64,000 nucleotides of DNA from the human T2T-CHM13v2.0 reference genome, Homo sapiens (GCF_009914755.1 NC_060933.1), one strand, 5' to 3'. Positions 42,101 through 58,572 are shown, counted from the first letter of the stretch. Numbers and translations: made by a program. The notes: generated by a model from the sequence alone, not told the origin.

Positions 42101-43954
42101 AGAAATATTTGCTTAGGCCATAAAACATAATTTGGAAAACTCATGAGGAAAAAGAAAGTTTATTGTGTTCATCCATGTTTTGGCTTTTCCTGCTATTTGT
42201 TCTTCCTTTCTAATGTTCCAAGATATCCCTTCTCTATCAAAAACTTTCTTTGCCATTTGTTTTTTAGGATAGTTCTTCTAGTGAACATTTTTAAACTTTT
42301 CCTTTGTCTCGTGATGTCTTCATTTCTACCTCACTCAAAAAAGAAAAGTGTTCAGGACATAGAGTTTGCGGGGGATGTTTCTTTGCTTTCAGCACTTGAA
42401 GACTGTCATGCCTCTCCTCTGGCTTCCATGATTCTGATGATAAATCTAATGCCATCTGAATTGTCTTTTGAAGGGTGGTGTTTTTTTCCTCTCACTGTTT
42501 TCAAGATTTTTCTGTAGTTTTCCAAAGTTTAATTATGACATGAATTTCTTTGGATTTATCCTGTTTGGGGATTCACTCAACTTTTTTTTAATTTAACAGC
42601 TTTACTGAGATATAATTCACATACTATAAAAATTCACCAATTTAAAGTCTACAATCAATGATTTTTAGTATATTCATAGACTTGTGCAACCATCACCATA
42701 ATCAATTTTAGAATACCTACACCCATTAGCTGTCACTTCTCCATCCTGCTTCCCCTCTCCCAGGCCTGGCAAACACTAATCTGCGGTCCATCTCTATAGA
42801 TTTGTCTTTTCTGGACATTTTATATAAATAAAGTTATGTAATTTGTGATCTTTTATACCTGGCTCCTTTCACTTAGCATAATGGTTTCAAGCTTCATCCA
42901 CATTGCAGCATATATCAATATCTTATTTCTTCTTATTGCCAAATAATATTCCATTGTGTAGATATACTACATATTATTTATCTATTCAACAGTTGATGAA
43001 CATTTGGTGTGGTACCATTTGGGGGGTTATTCTGAGTAAGGCTGCTATGAACATCTGCATGCAAATTTGCACATGCATGCGTGTTTTCGTTGCTCTTGAA
43101 ATGCCACCTAGAAGAATTATTTCTGGGTCATATATTAACTCTATGTTTAACATTCTGGGGAAATGGCAGACAGTTTTGAAAAGCACCTGTGCCATTTTCA
43201 CATTACCACCGGCAATTTATGAAGACTCCAATTTTGCTACATCTCCATCAAAACTTTTTATTATATCTTTGTTATCACAGCCCTCCTAGTGAGAGTAAAG
43301 TAATATTTCATTGTGGTTTTAAATTGCACTTCTTTGATGACTAATAATGTTGAGCATCTCTATATGTGGTTTTTGGCCATTTGTATATCTTCCTTGGAGA
43401 AATGTCTGTTCAGATCTTTTGCCCACTTTAATTGATTTTATGTCTTTTTATAATATATAATTATAAAAATGTTATTTATAAATGTTAGATACAGTTCTCT
43501 TATCAGATACATGATTTACAAATATTTTCTCAAATTGTATGGACTATCTTTTCAATTTTTTGATGATACTCTTTGAAGCAAAAAGTTTTAATTATAAAGT
43601 CCAATGTATATATTTTTCTTTGTTTGCCTGTATTTTTTGGGTCATATCTAAAAACAGATTGCCTAATCCAAGGTCATGATGATTGCCCCTATGTTTTCAT
43701 CTAAGAGTTTTATTGATTTTGATTTTACATTTCAGTTGATGATGCATTTTTAGTGCATTTTGTGTAGAATGTGACAAGGGGTCCAACTTCATTACTATGC
43801 ATGTGAATATACAGTTGTACCAGCATCATTTGTTGAAATGACTATTCTTCCCTCCACTAAATTTTTTCAGTAATCTTTTAAAAAATCAATTGATTGCAAG
43901 TGTTCTATCTATTCCGTGCTAGTATCAGACTTGACTACTGCCATTTTGTAATGA

Positions 43955-44299
<345 letters not shown>

Positions 44300-44973
44300 C
44301 TGCTAGTATTTTGTTGAGGATTTTTGCACCCATATTCATAAAAGATATTAATTTGTAGTTTTCTGTCCTCCTGATATCTATATTTGGTTTTGGCATCAGA
44401 GTAATATTGGCCTTACAGAATGAGTTAGGAAGTATTATCTCCTCTTCTATTTTTTGAAAGAGTTTCAAAGAACTAATATTAAAGCTTCTTTAAATGTATG
44501 GTAGAATTCACCAGTGAAGCCATCTGAGCCTGGATTTTTCTTTGAAGGAACTTTTTAAATTATTAAGTTAATTGCTTTACCTGTTACAGCTATATTCATA
44601 TGTTCTGTTTCTTCATGATTCAATTTCAGTAGTTTTGTCTTTCTGAGTTAATTCATTTTTATTTAACTTGTCTAATTTTTTAATGTAGTTGTTCATAATA
44701 TTCCCTTATAATTCTTACTTCTGTAAGCTCGATAGTGAATCCCTTCTTTCATTCCTGATTCTAATGATATGAGTCTTCTCTCTTTTTTTTCTTGGTTAGT
44801 GTAACTAAAGTTTTGCTAATTTTGTTTATCTTTCCAAGAGACAACTTTTGATTCCATTGATTTTCTTCATTGCTTTTCTATTTCATTAACTGCTTCTCTA
44901 ATAGTTATTCTTTTCTTCCTTCTTCTTGCTTTAGGTTTTGCTTCTGCTTTTCCTATTCCAATGTCTTAGGTAA

Positions 44974-45399
<426 letters not shown>

Positions 45400-46842
45400 C
45401 CCTCTAAGTATTTTCTAAGTTCACTTGTAACTTTTTCTTTGACTTCATGGTAATTTAAGACTTTGCTATTTAATTTGCAAATATTTGTGAAGTTCCAACA
45501 TTTCTTTCTGTTATTAATTTTTGATTTCATTTTACTGTGGTCAAAGAAAATACTTTGTATTATTTGAATTCTTTTAAATCTGTTGTCTTGTTCTATGGTC
45601 TTTCCTATTGTCTTTTCTGGAGAATGTTCTATGTGTACTTGAAAAAATAATATATCTGCTGATGTTGGAACGAAGTGATCTATAGATGTCTATTAGATCT
45701 AGTTGGTTTCTAATGCTGTTCAAGGATTCTGTTTCATTGTTGAACTTCTACTCGTTGTTCTTTTCATTATTTAAGGTGAAGCGTTGAAGTCTCCATTTAC
45801 CATTGTTGCCTTTATGGATGCTTTTTATTATGTGAATTTGAATTATTGTCTGGGCTCATTTGCTTTCAGCCTTTAATATTTCTTTTAAGGACGGCTGCTT
45901 GCAACAAACTCTCTGTTTTTGTTAACCTGGGAATGTTCTTATTTCACCTTCACTTTTGAAAGACAGTTTTCGGGACTTAAGTTTCTTTGTTAACAGAGGT
46001 TTCTTGGTTCTGAAGGATTTTTTTTGGTTTTGGGAGTTTTTTGGGGGGTTTTTTTGTTTTGGAGCACTTTCATGTTACCTCCCTGTCTCTGGCCTTCACT
46101 GTTTCTGATGAGAAATCAGGTGTTAATCATGTTGTGTATAGTCATTTTTCTCTTGTTGCTTTCAAGATGTTCTCTTTGCTTTTCTATATTTTTACTATGC
46201 TGTTTCTGGGCCATCTAACTTTTAGTATGTGTAGATTAAAGTTTTTAAATTAAATTTGTAAACTTTTTAGTCAATATTTCTTCAAATATGTTTTCCTCTT
46301 CTTTCTGAGTTTTGTTCTTCTGGTAGTTCCACTGTATCTATACTGGTGTGCTAATAATTTCCTACATGTCTTTGAGGATTTGCTTATTTTCTTTATTTTA
46401 TTCTGTTTTTCTTCAGATTGTATAATTTCAATTAATCTATATTCAAGTTCTCTGCTTCTTTCTTGTACCAGCTCAAATCTACTATTGAGCCTCTTTAGTG
46501 AGTTTTTTATTTAATTTAGTGTATTATTAAACTCCAGGATTTTCATTTAGTTCTTCATATCATTTGTCTTTATCAGTATTCCCTTTTTAATGACATTGTT
46601 ATACTATTACTTCTTTAAGCATGGTTTCCTTTCATTTCTTTAGTTCTTTGAGCATATACATATGCTCATAGCTGTTTTGAAGTGTTTGTCTACTAAGTCT
46701 GATACCTATCAAAGGTAGTTTCTGTTGCCTGCTTTTCTTTAATGTGTACGAGTCACACTTGCCTATTTTTTTGCATGTCTCATAAAGCTTTTCTGAAAAC
46801 TACTTATTTTAGATAATATATTGTAGCAACTCTAATATCAAC

Positions 46843-47341
46843 TGAAGCGAGATTTAAGGAAGCAGAGAGACAGTGCAGAAGGGTGTTTATTTTAAGGTGT
46901 ACCCTGGCCCAGCAGACATGTGTCCTACAGGCTGAGCCCAGAACAAACAAAATGAGTCCTTTTTAAGCATTTTGAGGTGGGAACTACATGAAGCAGGCTT
47001 ACAGAAGCGAGAACAAAAGGCTGCTGTGACACTTCTGCTACATGTCTTACATCTCTGTGAGAACTCGGTTTGCAGCTTATGCTTATCTGTCTTGTGACCT
47101 TGCAGCTATGCAGGGAAGAAAGAAACAGGAGTTTACAGAGCCTACAAAATATGCAGAGGATAGATATGGTTAATGTTTCTTGGGACAGACAGTTAATACT
47201 CTCTTCTAACTTTAACTTCAAGGGGGGCTACTTAAATTCTTTTCAGCCTTGGTTAATACAGCAATTCATCCTATGAGCTATTGTTATTTCTCTATTATTA
47301 CTTATGCTATTATTCTGTTATTTTCTCAATTTCCCACTTCA
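46843..47341 (-). mobile_element. Solo ERV LTR, probably ERV1 class (family not identified)
   Basis: 499 bp bounded by TGAAG...CTTCA; minus-strand AATAAA at 46891-46886; 4-bp TSD caac/cagc. Confidence 0.7.
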
Positions 47342-48051
47342 CAGCTACCCCTATCAAGTCCATATTTTGGCTAATTTTTCAGTGACTTGGCTGGACTACT
47401 TAATGAAATCTATTCCCCCACAACGTGCAGTCTCTGATGCTATTCCTCAGAGGATGCCACCTTGGAGCATGAGCACATTCAGCCTGAGATGATAGGGTTT
47501 CTAGCAGGGCTGTTTTTGTCTCTTCTCTTGATCTCTATGTTAATCTGTTGATATCCATTGGTATCATTAGTATCACACCCAGCTGTTAGCCTCCACTATT
47601 TGCTGTTTGATTGCACTATTATTTTACCAAATGCCCCAGGGCATAAATTACTCTACAATTTGATTCGATTAAATCTTTGTCCCTTTGTTGCAGTCATCTT
47701 TGAGGTCAGGCTTTGAGGGGTTTTCTGACTCCAGGAGTGTTCTCAGCTATCTCTTTACCTGGTTCGCTCTAATAAACTTCTAAATGTTTTACAGTTTAGT
47801 TTATTGCTCTCATAGAGCTACCAGCACTCTCTTAGTTACTGCCACAGTCTACATTTTTTTTTCACACTCTGTTCCAAATAAAGTCAATTCACCTGGGGAG
47901 GTGCTTAAGCTCTCTGTTCTTATGGCTTGCCCTTGCCCCTGGGCAAAACCCCTACATTACTGCTCCAGAGCTAGGGAGAAATATAGTAGTGTACTTCTCT
48001 GGGAGTGAGACCAGAGAAGTAGGCTACTATATCTTTCAAGAACAGAGTGCT

Positions 48052-48409
48052 TGTTTTCATACTACTATAATGAACTGCCCAAGACTGGGGAATTTATAAA
48101 GGAAAGAGGTTTAATTCACTCGCAGTTCAACATGGCTAGGGGGGCCTCAAGAAACTTACAGTCATGGAAGGCAAAGAAGAAGCAGGCACCTTCTTCACAA
48201 GGCAAGACGACGGAGTGAGTGCAAGCAGAGGAAATCCCAGATACCTATAAAAACATCAGATTTCATGAGACTCACTCACTCTCACAAGAACAGCAGGGGA
48301 GAAACTGCCCCCAAGACCCAATTACCTCCACCTGGTCCCACTCTTGACAAGTGGGCATTATGGGGAGTCAAGATGAGATTTACGGTGAGGACACAGCCAA
48401 AGCATATCA
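48052..48409 (-). mobile_element. THE1D-like solo LTR
   Basis: Reverse THE1; TSD gtgct at 48047 and 48410. Confidence 0.88.
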
Positions 48410-51400
48410 GTGCTGGACTGGGGTGGAAGCCTCTAGTGCTTTCAGGTTACTCCTCCTGGCCTGAAAACTTTGCCCCATTTTATTCAGCTTCTTGAATTTT
48501 TGGACTTAGGCCCTTTGCCAGATTTAAGAGATTTTCCACCATTATGTATTTGAATACTTTTTCATCTCCACCTTCTTTCTCCTCTCTTTCTGGAACTCTG
48601 ACCATATGAATGTTAGATCCTTTGTTATTCACTGAGTGTCTATTCACTTCAGCCTCCTTTACCTCTGTTGTTCACATTGGGTAATTTATTTTCTTGCTAT
48701 TTTTAAGTTTACTCATTATTTTGTCTGACCTTTCCATTTTGCTATTGAGTGTATCCAGTGAGTTTTTTATTTTGGCTATTGTCTTCATGAGTTCTAAAAT
48801 TTTCATGTGGTTCTTGTTTATACCTTCTATTTATTTGCTGAAACTTTTTATTTTTTCATTTGTTTCGAGCATGTTCATAATTGCTCATGAAGCATTTTTG
48901 CAATGGCTTGTTTTTAACACTAGTCAGATAATTCCAACATCTGTGTCATATTGAAGTTGCTGTCAATTGCCTTTTCTCATTCAAGTTAAGATTTTCCTTT
49001 TTCTTTTTATGATGTGAGATTTTTCAGTTCTGTCCTGGACATCTCATGTTATGACATTCTGAATCTTACATAAAGCTTCTGTTTTAGCAGGGCTTCTCTG
49101 ACACCACACAGGTTGGGGGAGAAGGGACTCTGCCTCACTACTGCCAAATGGGAGTAAAAGTCCAGGTGCCTTACTAAGTCTTCTCTATGCAGGGATTAAA
49201 ATCCTAATCCCAATTAGTCTTCTGTGGATGGAGGTAACAAGGGGAGCCTCATTACAGCTGGGCAAGATTGGAGGTCTTGGCTTCTCATTCAGCTTTTGAT
49301 GACATAAGTGGAAGTGGGTTATTATGGTTTTCTCCCATAGCGTTTGGCTGAAGTAAAGGGGTCATTGACTGAATGTTTTCCGTCTTGCTAGGCTGCTCCT
49401 TTCCTATTCCTCTGGCTAGAGACAGCAAGATTTTTTCTTTGGGAATTTTTTTTTCTGTATGTTCACATTCACATTTTTGGGTTACCTGCTTCTCCAGCAT
49501 CCAGCTCAGGACACATGAGGCAAAAAGAAAACCCATGTCAACATGTTGTTCCTCAGTTCCTACAGGCCGTCCCCAGCCTGCCTTCTTCCCTTCACCTTTC
49601 AGAGTCTTCTTATGTTTGTTTTATATTTAAGTTTGAAGAGTTTTAGCTGTACTTATCAGGATAAATAAGGAAAAGTAGATCTATTCCATATTTTTCCAGA
49701 ACTGGAAACCTGTTGTTATTTCTTGAGCTTTACATTCAGCTAGCTGTTCACTAATAGAGTAAAAATTATCTTCATCTGGATAACTTACTGTTTTAGCTCC
49801 TATTAGTCCAATAAAAAATAATAGTTTCAAATGTTCTCTACTTTGGGCATCTGCATTTTTATAAAGAACTCTCAAAGACTGAAAATAAAGCAGTACCCAA
49901 GTGAATTCCTCCTGAAAGTATAATTTTAGCTGATTTCTCCAGCCAATAGAGAAGATAACTTGTTTACACTAACAGACAGCAATCACTGTAACTCATTCTA
50001 AATTCAGTTCTCAGTCTTGGCATATAGAAATTAAAATACAGTTTCATGATCTGATTCAGCTGTGGATTAAATTTTTACAGCAAGATGGGAAAAGTCTCTG
50101 AAAGGACCCCAGTAAGAGGCGAAAGGAAAGCTATAATTGGTCAGTCATTTTGACAAGGTAATTCATTGCTTCTAAGACCATGAGGAATTAATGATAATAT
50201 TCATTTCACATCTTCCTGAACCTTCTCTATTAAAAAGAACCCATTTTAATCTATGTCTGTAATATATAATTTATACCAGGGACTCTGGAAAATGGCTAAA
50301 CCTCTCACTGTGTGTACCACGTCTGCTGGTGACTAGCCCAAACTCTTACCTCTGTGTTTATGAATACAGGTTATTGCCCCAGAGATAAAGACATAAGAAG
50401 AGCAATATAAAAGGCAGGATGAGGATATGGTCACCAACCTAATTAAAATGAAGACAAGTGGTTTATCTGAGAATCTTACTATAAGGGAAAACAAATAAAG
50501 GAAATTTCATTTTTATGCATACTCTGAGGACATAATCAACTTTATGAGGTGAAATGTAATATCTTCCCAACCTCAAAAGCGTACACAATCCCCCAGCAGA
50601 CTGCAAGCACACAACCCTACCCTTTTCCAGTATCTAAGAAGATGAGAAATATATGAAGGGAAAGTGAAAGGACATAAATATATCCACAAAAAAAGGATTA
50701 ATTATGGATCTGTTCTTTAAAAATAAATGGTCTGGTTTATATCTGACCCTATTCTCCTTCATCTATGCAGGTTATTTTTCCTAAAAAAGAGATAGGCATC
50801 ATTTAATTCCAAAAGTATATCTTGTGAATTCTGCAAATAATTGTTACCATGGATCTCTAAGTATCCCATAAAGCTAATATGTTCTTGGGGCCAATGTTGT
50901 TTTGGCATTTAATGTGCTTGCTACTTCAGTAGAGAAATCTAGAAGGAGAAAAACTGCCTCCATTCCTAATTATTTCCTCCTAAACGTATTGGTGTTCCTA
51001 CTTGTTTTTGCAAAACTATGTTAAGAGAAGGCCTATAGATGAGAAAAATATTAAGAAATAATTTCTTTTTTAAAGTCTTCATTTAGATGTATGCTGTGTG
51101 AATCTGAGTGTGGTAACATAAAAAAGACATATAACTAAAGAGATAAGTAGCAAGTTGAAAGAAATTTCCATTGTGCAATTTGTTGTTGAACATCCAAAGA
51201 AAAGAAACAATGCAACAGAACATGCTGTTATTAAACTGCCTATAACACCTTTCCTCTGAATCTTTTCAAGCATGTTACAAATTTATCTATCCCATAAATA
51301 ATTATGGGTAGGAGGAGGAAAAAAAAGAAAAATAGATGTAGATCCTGGACAATTCCCTTTTTCAACAATATTATCATTTCTTAGATGATACAGCAGTCAT

Positions 51401-51619
51401 CTGATCAGCCTCGAAGGGAAACAAAAAGATTGTCATGTTAAAGTATAAAAGATTCCTAGAGCTACTTTGTAATGAGAACTTTATTGGGGGGACATATGAT
51501 TTCTTAAAAGGTTATTAGAAAGTGAGCTACTCAATAAAACCTCTCTGTACTTTTATTATTCTTATTGTTTTGATGATTTTGTTTTAAATATTTATACCTT
51601 GCTCCATAATTCAGAAAGA

Positions 51620-52040
51620 ATTTTCAAATATATTCTTACTTAACCCTAAGAACAATCATACATGACACGTAGGCAGGGATTATTTTCTCTGGATGGATGG
51701 AGAAACTGGAGTTTAAAGGGGTTGTGTTACTTGCCTAGATGCATATACGTAATAGTAAGAGAGAAAGTAGAATTTAAACCTAGACAATAGAATGTAATTG
51801 TTGTGTGCATAGGTTTGGGAGCCAGGCTGCTTAAGTTCAGATCTCAAGTCCGCCATTTGCTGTGTGAGTCAACTTGGGCAAGTTACTGAATGTTCCTGTG
51901 CCTCAGTTTTCTCATAAATAAAATGGGTAAAATAATGCTACCTACTCTTGTTATAAAAGTTAAATTTTTATAGCACTAAAAAAATTTAAAGTGTATAGAG
52001 TAGTATGTAGTATATGGCAAATATTCAAAGATGCTAGCCC
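51620..52040. mobile_element. Two divergent MIRs (51620-51785 minus, 51800-52040 plus)
   Basis: ggagaaactggag...ttacttgcctaga; cttgggcaagttactgaat...gcctcagttttctcat. Confidence 0.65.
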
Positions 52041-53109
52041 TTTTTATATCCTGACAACTCATTGTTGGTCTAAATTTTCAGTCTTGATGCCTACAATGTC
52101 CCAAATTCCTTCTAAAGAAAACAGTCTTACCCAAGGCCCAGCTTGGGGCAGCCATCCATAGATGATAGATTAGACCAAGAAATAGGCAACTGACATAGCC
52201 AATCCACTGTGAAAAGGTGAGCTGAGTAAGTCTTACTGTCATGGTATTTGTACTCTAGAAATGGAGAACAAGCAAAGAAGTTTGCAGACAGGTCAAAATC
52301 AAAAGGATGTGATGAAGAAGAGAAGTGGCCCTCAGGAGAAGTAGGTGTGGAGTTCAGAGAGAACAAAAGTGTATATGGGCTTGGTGTTTCCTTGGTTCCT
52401 AGCTTCTCACCTCCACTCCATTTAGAGCCTTAAAATGTACTTCAGTATGTGTTTCCATATTTGGAATTTCGAGTATGGAATTTCGTATACTATTCCATAC
52501 TCAGGTATGGCCCCAGTCTCAGTCCTTTCAAGATGTTAGAGGTCAGCGGCTCTCCCAAGGAGTGTCTGCTCCCTGAGGCCATCCCATGCATGTCTCTTAC
52601 CTATCAACTTCCCTGTTTCCCTTTTATTTACTGTATACCTTTTACCTCTGACTTGTAATTCTGTCCAAGAACTTTGTAGGTCATATTAACCATTCAATTG
52701 TTGAAAGATTCATGAATAAAGTGATTATGAATGTTTACTCAGAGCAACGTGATCTTGTGCACTCCAAAGGGAGTGTTTGCATGATCTGATTATAGGGATA
52801 TTAAGAAGAGTCTTCTAATGCCCCTCACCCAAATTCTAAAAGATAGAATATCTTCCTCACTTTACACAGGTTTTTTTTTTTTTTTTTTCCCACAATGAGA
52901 ACTAACCCTTACAATGTAAGAGCCACTGGGCTTCTACCAAGTTGTAGATCCTTTTCTGAGAGCAGAATTTGAAAAGTTAAAGGCATTAGAGACCCAAAGA
53001 AGAAGGTACAGTTGGGGAGAAGGCAAAAGAGAAAAGATAAACTGTAGCGGGTTAATGATTATGTTCCACTGGGCACTCCTCCAATCCCTCTTCTGTTCAA
53101 ATCAAACCC

Positions 53110-53398
<289 letters not shown>

Positions 53399-54899
53399 AT
53401 CAAACCTATGATATTTAATGTGTAATTTGAGTGATAAAATAATCTCTGAGCTTCAGCCTGATGATGTATAAATATTCATACTTATTGTAAGGATTAAATA
53501 AGATGTATTTTATAGAGAAAAATCCTTCTCCAGGTGTTTCCTTTTGCATGGAAAATGGATCTTTTAAGTGCAGAAGTCTCTAAAGGGAATCAGAGAAGTC
53601 AGGCAGTTTGGATTATAAGTCATTTATTTATTATTTATTCCTCATTCATATATTTATTTATTGAATACCTACTATATGCAGGTCAACCTGCTAGTTGCTC
53701 AATTACCAGGCATGGCGCGAAGAGAACATCTCTGCTGCCAGAATATAAACTTCTTGAGGCCAGGGCCTGTATATTGTATCCTAGTACTTAGCTCAGTGCC
53801 TGGTACAGTTGGAATTGTTTTATATATTTTCTGAAAAGAGGTAGGCATGTAATAATACCAGACTGCATTCCTGAAAAAGGATATAGACAACATAGTCCAT
53901 CTGTTTACTCAAAAAGGTAGAATAGTATCTTACCAACTTCATTTCATTGCTGAGACAAATTTTCCCATGAGCCATATCTTGTCCTGGCATCCCGGTCCCC
54001 CCATCAGAGTGCAGAGGTAGCCTATGAGCCCTGGCTGCCCATCGTTCTCAGCTCAGTGAGCCTTGCCATTTTATCAATTACTGCCCCGATTGGAGATTTT
54101 GAAGGCTCATTTTCTACATTGGTCCTTTCAAGTATAATGTTTAGATTTCTCATTTCAAAAGAGTAACATTTGCAAGTCCAGAATTGGACTTTTTCTGCAG
54201 ATGCGATGAGCCACTTGGATGAATAGTATACGAGAATTCAGCCAAGTGTCTGAAGCATATTACTCCCTGAAGAATCAAGCTAAATTAAAGTTCCATCCAT
54301 CCTTCATATATATGAGCCACATATGGCTTTTTCTTGCCTCTATTTACTTTTAAAGTCTTTACAGCTGAACAATTCCCAGATCACCACATTTCTAAAACAA
54401 CGAATTCTCAGGTGCAGTTAGCAGCTCCTATTGTACTATAGCTGATAAACACTTTGTTTAAATAATGAGCTCATTCTTTACCTTAGAGAAATGAAATAAC
54501 AAAGTCATAATGATGGATATTGTAAAGGTTTTAAAATAATTTTTATACAATAAAATTTATTTTATTTATAAATGGTTTAAAATGCTCTCCCTATGTGAGA
54601 ATCGGCTGAATAAATGAGGCCTCTACTCACCAACTAAGTAAACAGACAAGCTACCAATTAATGGTCTAGAAAACTACAAATGGGTTATAAAAATTAGGCC
54701 ATTATTACTGTTTAAATCTACGTGGTTTCTTGCCAAAGCATTATGATGATCATAAATTTGACGAAAGATTAATTGCCTGATTTCCATTCTGTTTTTACTA
54801 TCGTATGTCTCTTGTCTATTTCAACAGCTCTCTGATTACATCTATACACACACACACACTTGCACACACATGCACATATACATCCAAACATGCACACTT

Positions 54900-55720
54900 T
54901 CTATCCAGTCTTATTTCAGTAATTGACTCTACCATAACTCATTTGCACAAGTCATCTTTGACCCCCTGCAACACTCACCACTTTTCTCCATTCCACATGT
55001 TGTCAATTCCCAAGTTTTGACTATCTCATTCATCTACCTTAATCCATCTCTCCCAGCTGGATTATTGCAATAGCCTCTAAACAGTTTTCCTTACTTCCAA
55101 CCTTGGTGCCTTCCAATCCATTCTGTTCACTGCAGTAAGATTAAAGCTTCTAAAATGCAAATCTGATCATATAATTTCCCTGCTTGAAACCCATGATATC
55201 CCTTTTCCCCTATAATAAAGTTTAAACTATTAATATGCCTATAAGGTACTTCAGGAGCTAACTTCCTCCCACTCCTTTCTACTCTATATTTTCATTCTGC
55301 ACCCCAGCTACACTGAACTTCTTCTGGGCCTGGAGAGCTCAGTGGAAGGTCTTGGCCACTTCTGGATTTACACACGTCACTCCCTACAACCCCCTTCTCC
55401 TTCCTGTTTGCTTTGTAATGTCTACATATTCCTCAAGCCTCAGCTAACATGTCACTTTCTTGGCAAATCTTCTCCATTATCTTCCCTGCCCCCAGAGTAG
55501 GCGATTCTCTCTTCCCCTGCACTCCATGTCTCCTTTCTTGTACATATTTCACTGGATTATATCTGCTTGTTTAATCACTGCCATCCCTGCCAGATTTCCA
55601 GCTCTAAAGCACCTTGTAGGGTAATATATTTTTCTGTATGTCTGTCTTCTCTAACAGATGAGAACCTTGGAGAGAAAACTACACCTAGAATAATGCCTAG
55701 GACATTGTAATATGGGTAGT
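54900..55720 (+). mobile_element. L2 fragment
   Basis: ctggattattgcaatagcctc...ttctaaaatgcaaatctgatcat...aatgcctaggaca. Confidence 0.75.
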
Positions 55721-55902
55721 TAGAAGGCAGAAAGTGAAGGCATTTCAAGGTTACGTAAATTTGAATCATGTTCTACCCCATTTCCAATTAAATATTTGAC
55801 CTTGATCATATTACTTTAAATTGGTTAACCATTTGTTTTCTCATTTGTAAATGGGGATTAAGGGCTGCTGTGAGTTACATGAAGTACTATTTCTCAATGC
55901 TT

Positions 55903-57128
55903 TCTCATTCAATAAATATTGAGCATTCCTGTGTATCAAGCATTAATTTATTTAACAAATATTAATGGAGCACCTACCCTGTGGCAGGCACCATGCTGGG
56001 CATTTGCGATGTAAGTGAACAAAATAGACAAAGATACCCACGCTTGCAAAGCTTACATTCTAGCGAAGGAAGAGATAATGAAATAGTAAGCTTCACAGTA
56101 TGTTAGATGGTGATAAATTCAATAGGAAAAAATAGCACAGGAATGGGGAGGGAAGAAGTTCAGAAAAGCTAGAGGTGGGTGGGAGGTGGGGTCATTCATT
56201 ACAATGTTAAATGGGGCAGCCAAGACAGATTTTACTGAGAAGGTAACTAAGACAAATTTGTGCAAAGATTCAAAGAGGTGAAGAACAGGAAGGAATGAGC
56301 TACATGGTCACATGTGGAAAGAGTGTTCCAGTCAAAGTGAACAGCAATATAAAGGCCTAAGGGCAAACATGTCAAATATATTTCTGGAAGAGCCAGGAGA
56401 CCCTTGGGGACATGGCAAAGTAAGTAAGGAGCGCAGCAAGAAATGGGGTCAGGGCAGCAGTCTGAAGTCTCTTGTTACAGGGCTTACTGATTCATTGTGA
56501 GCACTTTTGCTCTTACTCTGAAAAATATGGTGAAATCAGGAGGTGTCAAACCAGGGAGTCCCATCATCTGATGTATATTTTAACAGGTTTTCTCTGTCTG
56601 CTATGCTGAACATAGACTGGAGGGGACAGGGGTGTAGACCAAATAGGAGGCAGTTGGCTGTAGCCAAAGCAAGATGATGGTGGCTTGCATTGGGTGGCAA
56701 GAATGGTGGTGCACAGATTCTGGATAAGGTTTAAAGATACAGGTAACAGGCTTTCCTAACAGATTGGATGAGAGGTGTGAGAGAAAGAAAGGAGTCAAAG
56801 ATTCCCCAAGTTCGTTTTTTTTTTTTTAAAAACTATTGGAGGGATGTGGTGTTTGCCATGAGTTGAGGTGGACAATACTGAAAGTAGTGTAGGTTTAGGG
56901 AAATTGAGAAGTTCCATTTCAACGTGTTGAGTTTGAGCTGTTTACTAGATGTCTGTTTGGAGGTGTTGGGTGGGTGTATGCTCCTAGAGTTAGGAGAAGT
57001 TGTCTGGATTCGAGATACAGATTTGGAGTTTGGGGCATATAGATAGTATTTACAGCCACGAGACTGAATTGTCTGATGGTGAATAAAAAACTCAGAGGTC
57101 CTGCTGGCAGGGAGCTTATAGTCTAGGA
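55903..57128 (-). mobile_element. L2 (L2a-like), apparently nested in a second L2 tail
   Basis: tttaacaaatatt...gcaggcaccatgctggg...gagaaagaaaggagtcaaaga...gagatacagatttggag. Confidence 0.8.
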
Positions 57129-57159
57129 GCATGACTCATGACGTATGTGTCCTTCCCGA

Positions 57160-57650
<491 letters not shown>

Positions 57651-58572
57651 TAGGAGCTTAATGAATGTTTATTGAACTCATTCGCATTTTTAGGTTTTAA
57701 TTTCTATTTAATAACAATGTGACACTCAGAAGTTCAACTTAGTTTCATTTCTATTCATAATGGTGAAGCTGAACTTCAATCTATATCTTACCAATTAGGG
57801 TAATGTTTCCAATCTGCTGAGTATCACACTGTGAGACTTCAAATGACAGAGGGCAGAAGAAAAACCCAACCGACTCTCTGATCTTAATTTCCTCTCTAAC
57901 ATGGGGAGGAAGCCCTGGAATTATACAGCGTGTCAGCAACAGGGAAGAGAATCAGGAATTTGGTTTTCTTCTTGTTTTCTCTGTCCTGGGCTCTCCACGG
58001 GCTGAGGCCACATGACTTCTCAGAGGTCCTCACAGTCCTATTATTCTATGATTTCCTCCCCTGAGGTTTCTACAAAGAACACTGTGAAAAGCATCACCCC
58101 TGACTACAGGGGCCACCCACACAAGGGCACATTTCTGATTTCCAGCCCAGTGCTCTCAGACACAGTCTGTAGATGACTGGGCAATCCCAGGGGCTTCGTG
58201 CAGCTGCCACAAATACGATTGGCATGGCCATAGCCTGTTTCTGGCCTTAAAAAGAAAATGCTAAAACAAATTGGAAAGAATTTTCCAAGACACCTGTGAA
58301 TCCATCAGCCAGGAGCACAGGGCAGCAGGCCCATGGAGTGGAGGATCAGGGATGTTTTGAATTCAAGCTGATCAGATTTTGCCAAAGAGCTCTTATTAGT
58401 CTAACTAGCATGTCTGTCCCTGCCTTGCCATGCTCTCTTCACCTGGAAGCATGAAGATTTTTCATCTTCAGCATCAGTTCCACCTAATTGCAGAGCCTAT
58501 TCATGCCTAGTAGGGGTAAGTTTGGCTCCTGCAGGAAGTGGTTACCTACACACCCACAGAAATGTGGGTTTC

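Noticed and set aside
54900-57128. Tail-to-tail L2 pair as a miR-28/151-type hairpin source
   Set aside because: The tails are separated by ~200 bp including a MIR and are too diverged to show a compact stem.
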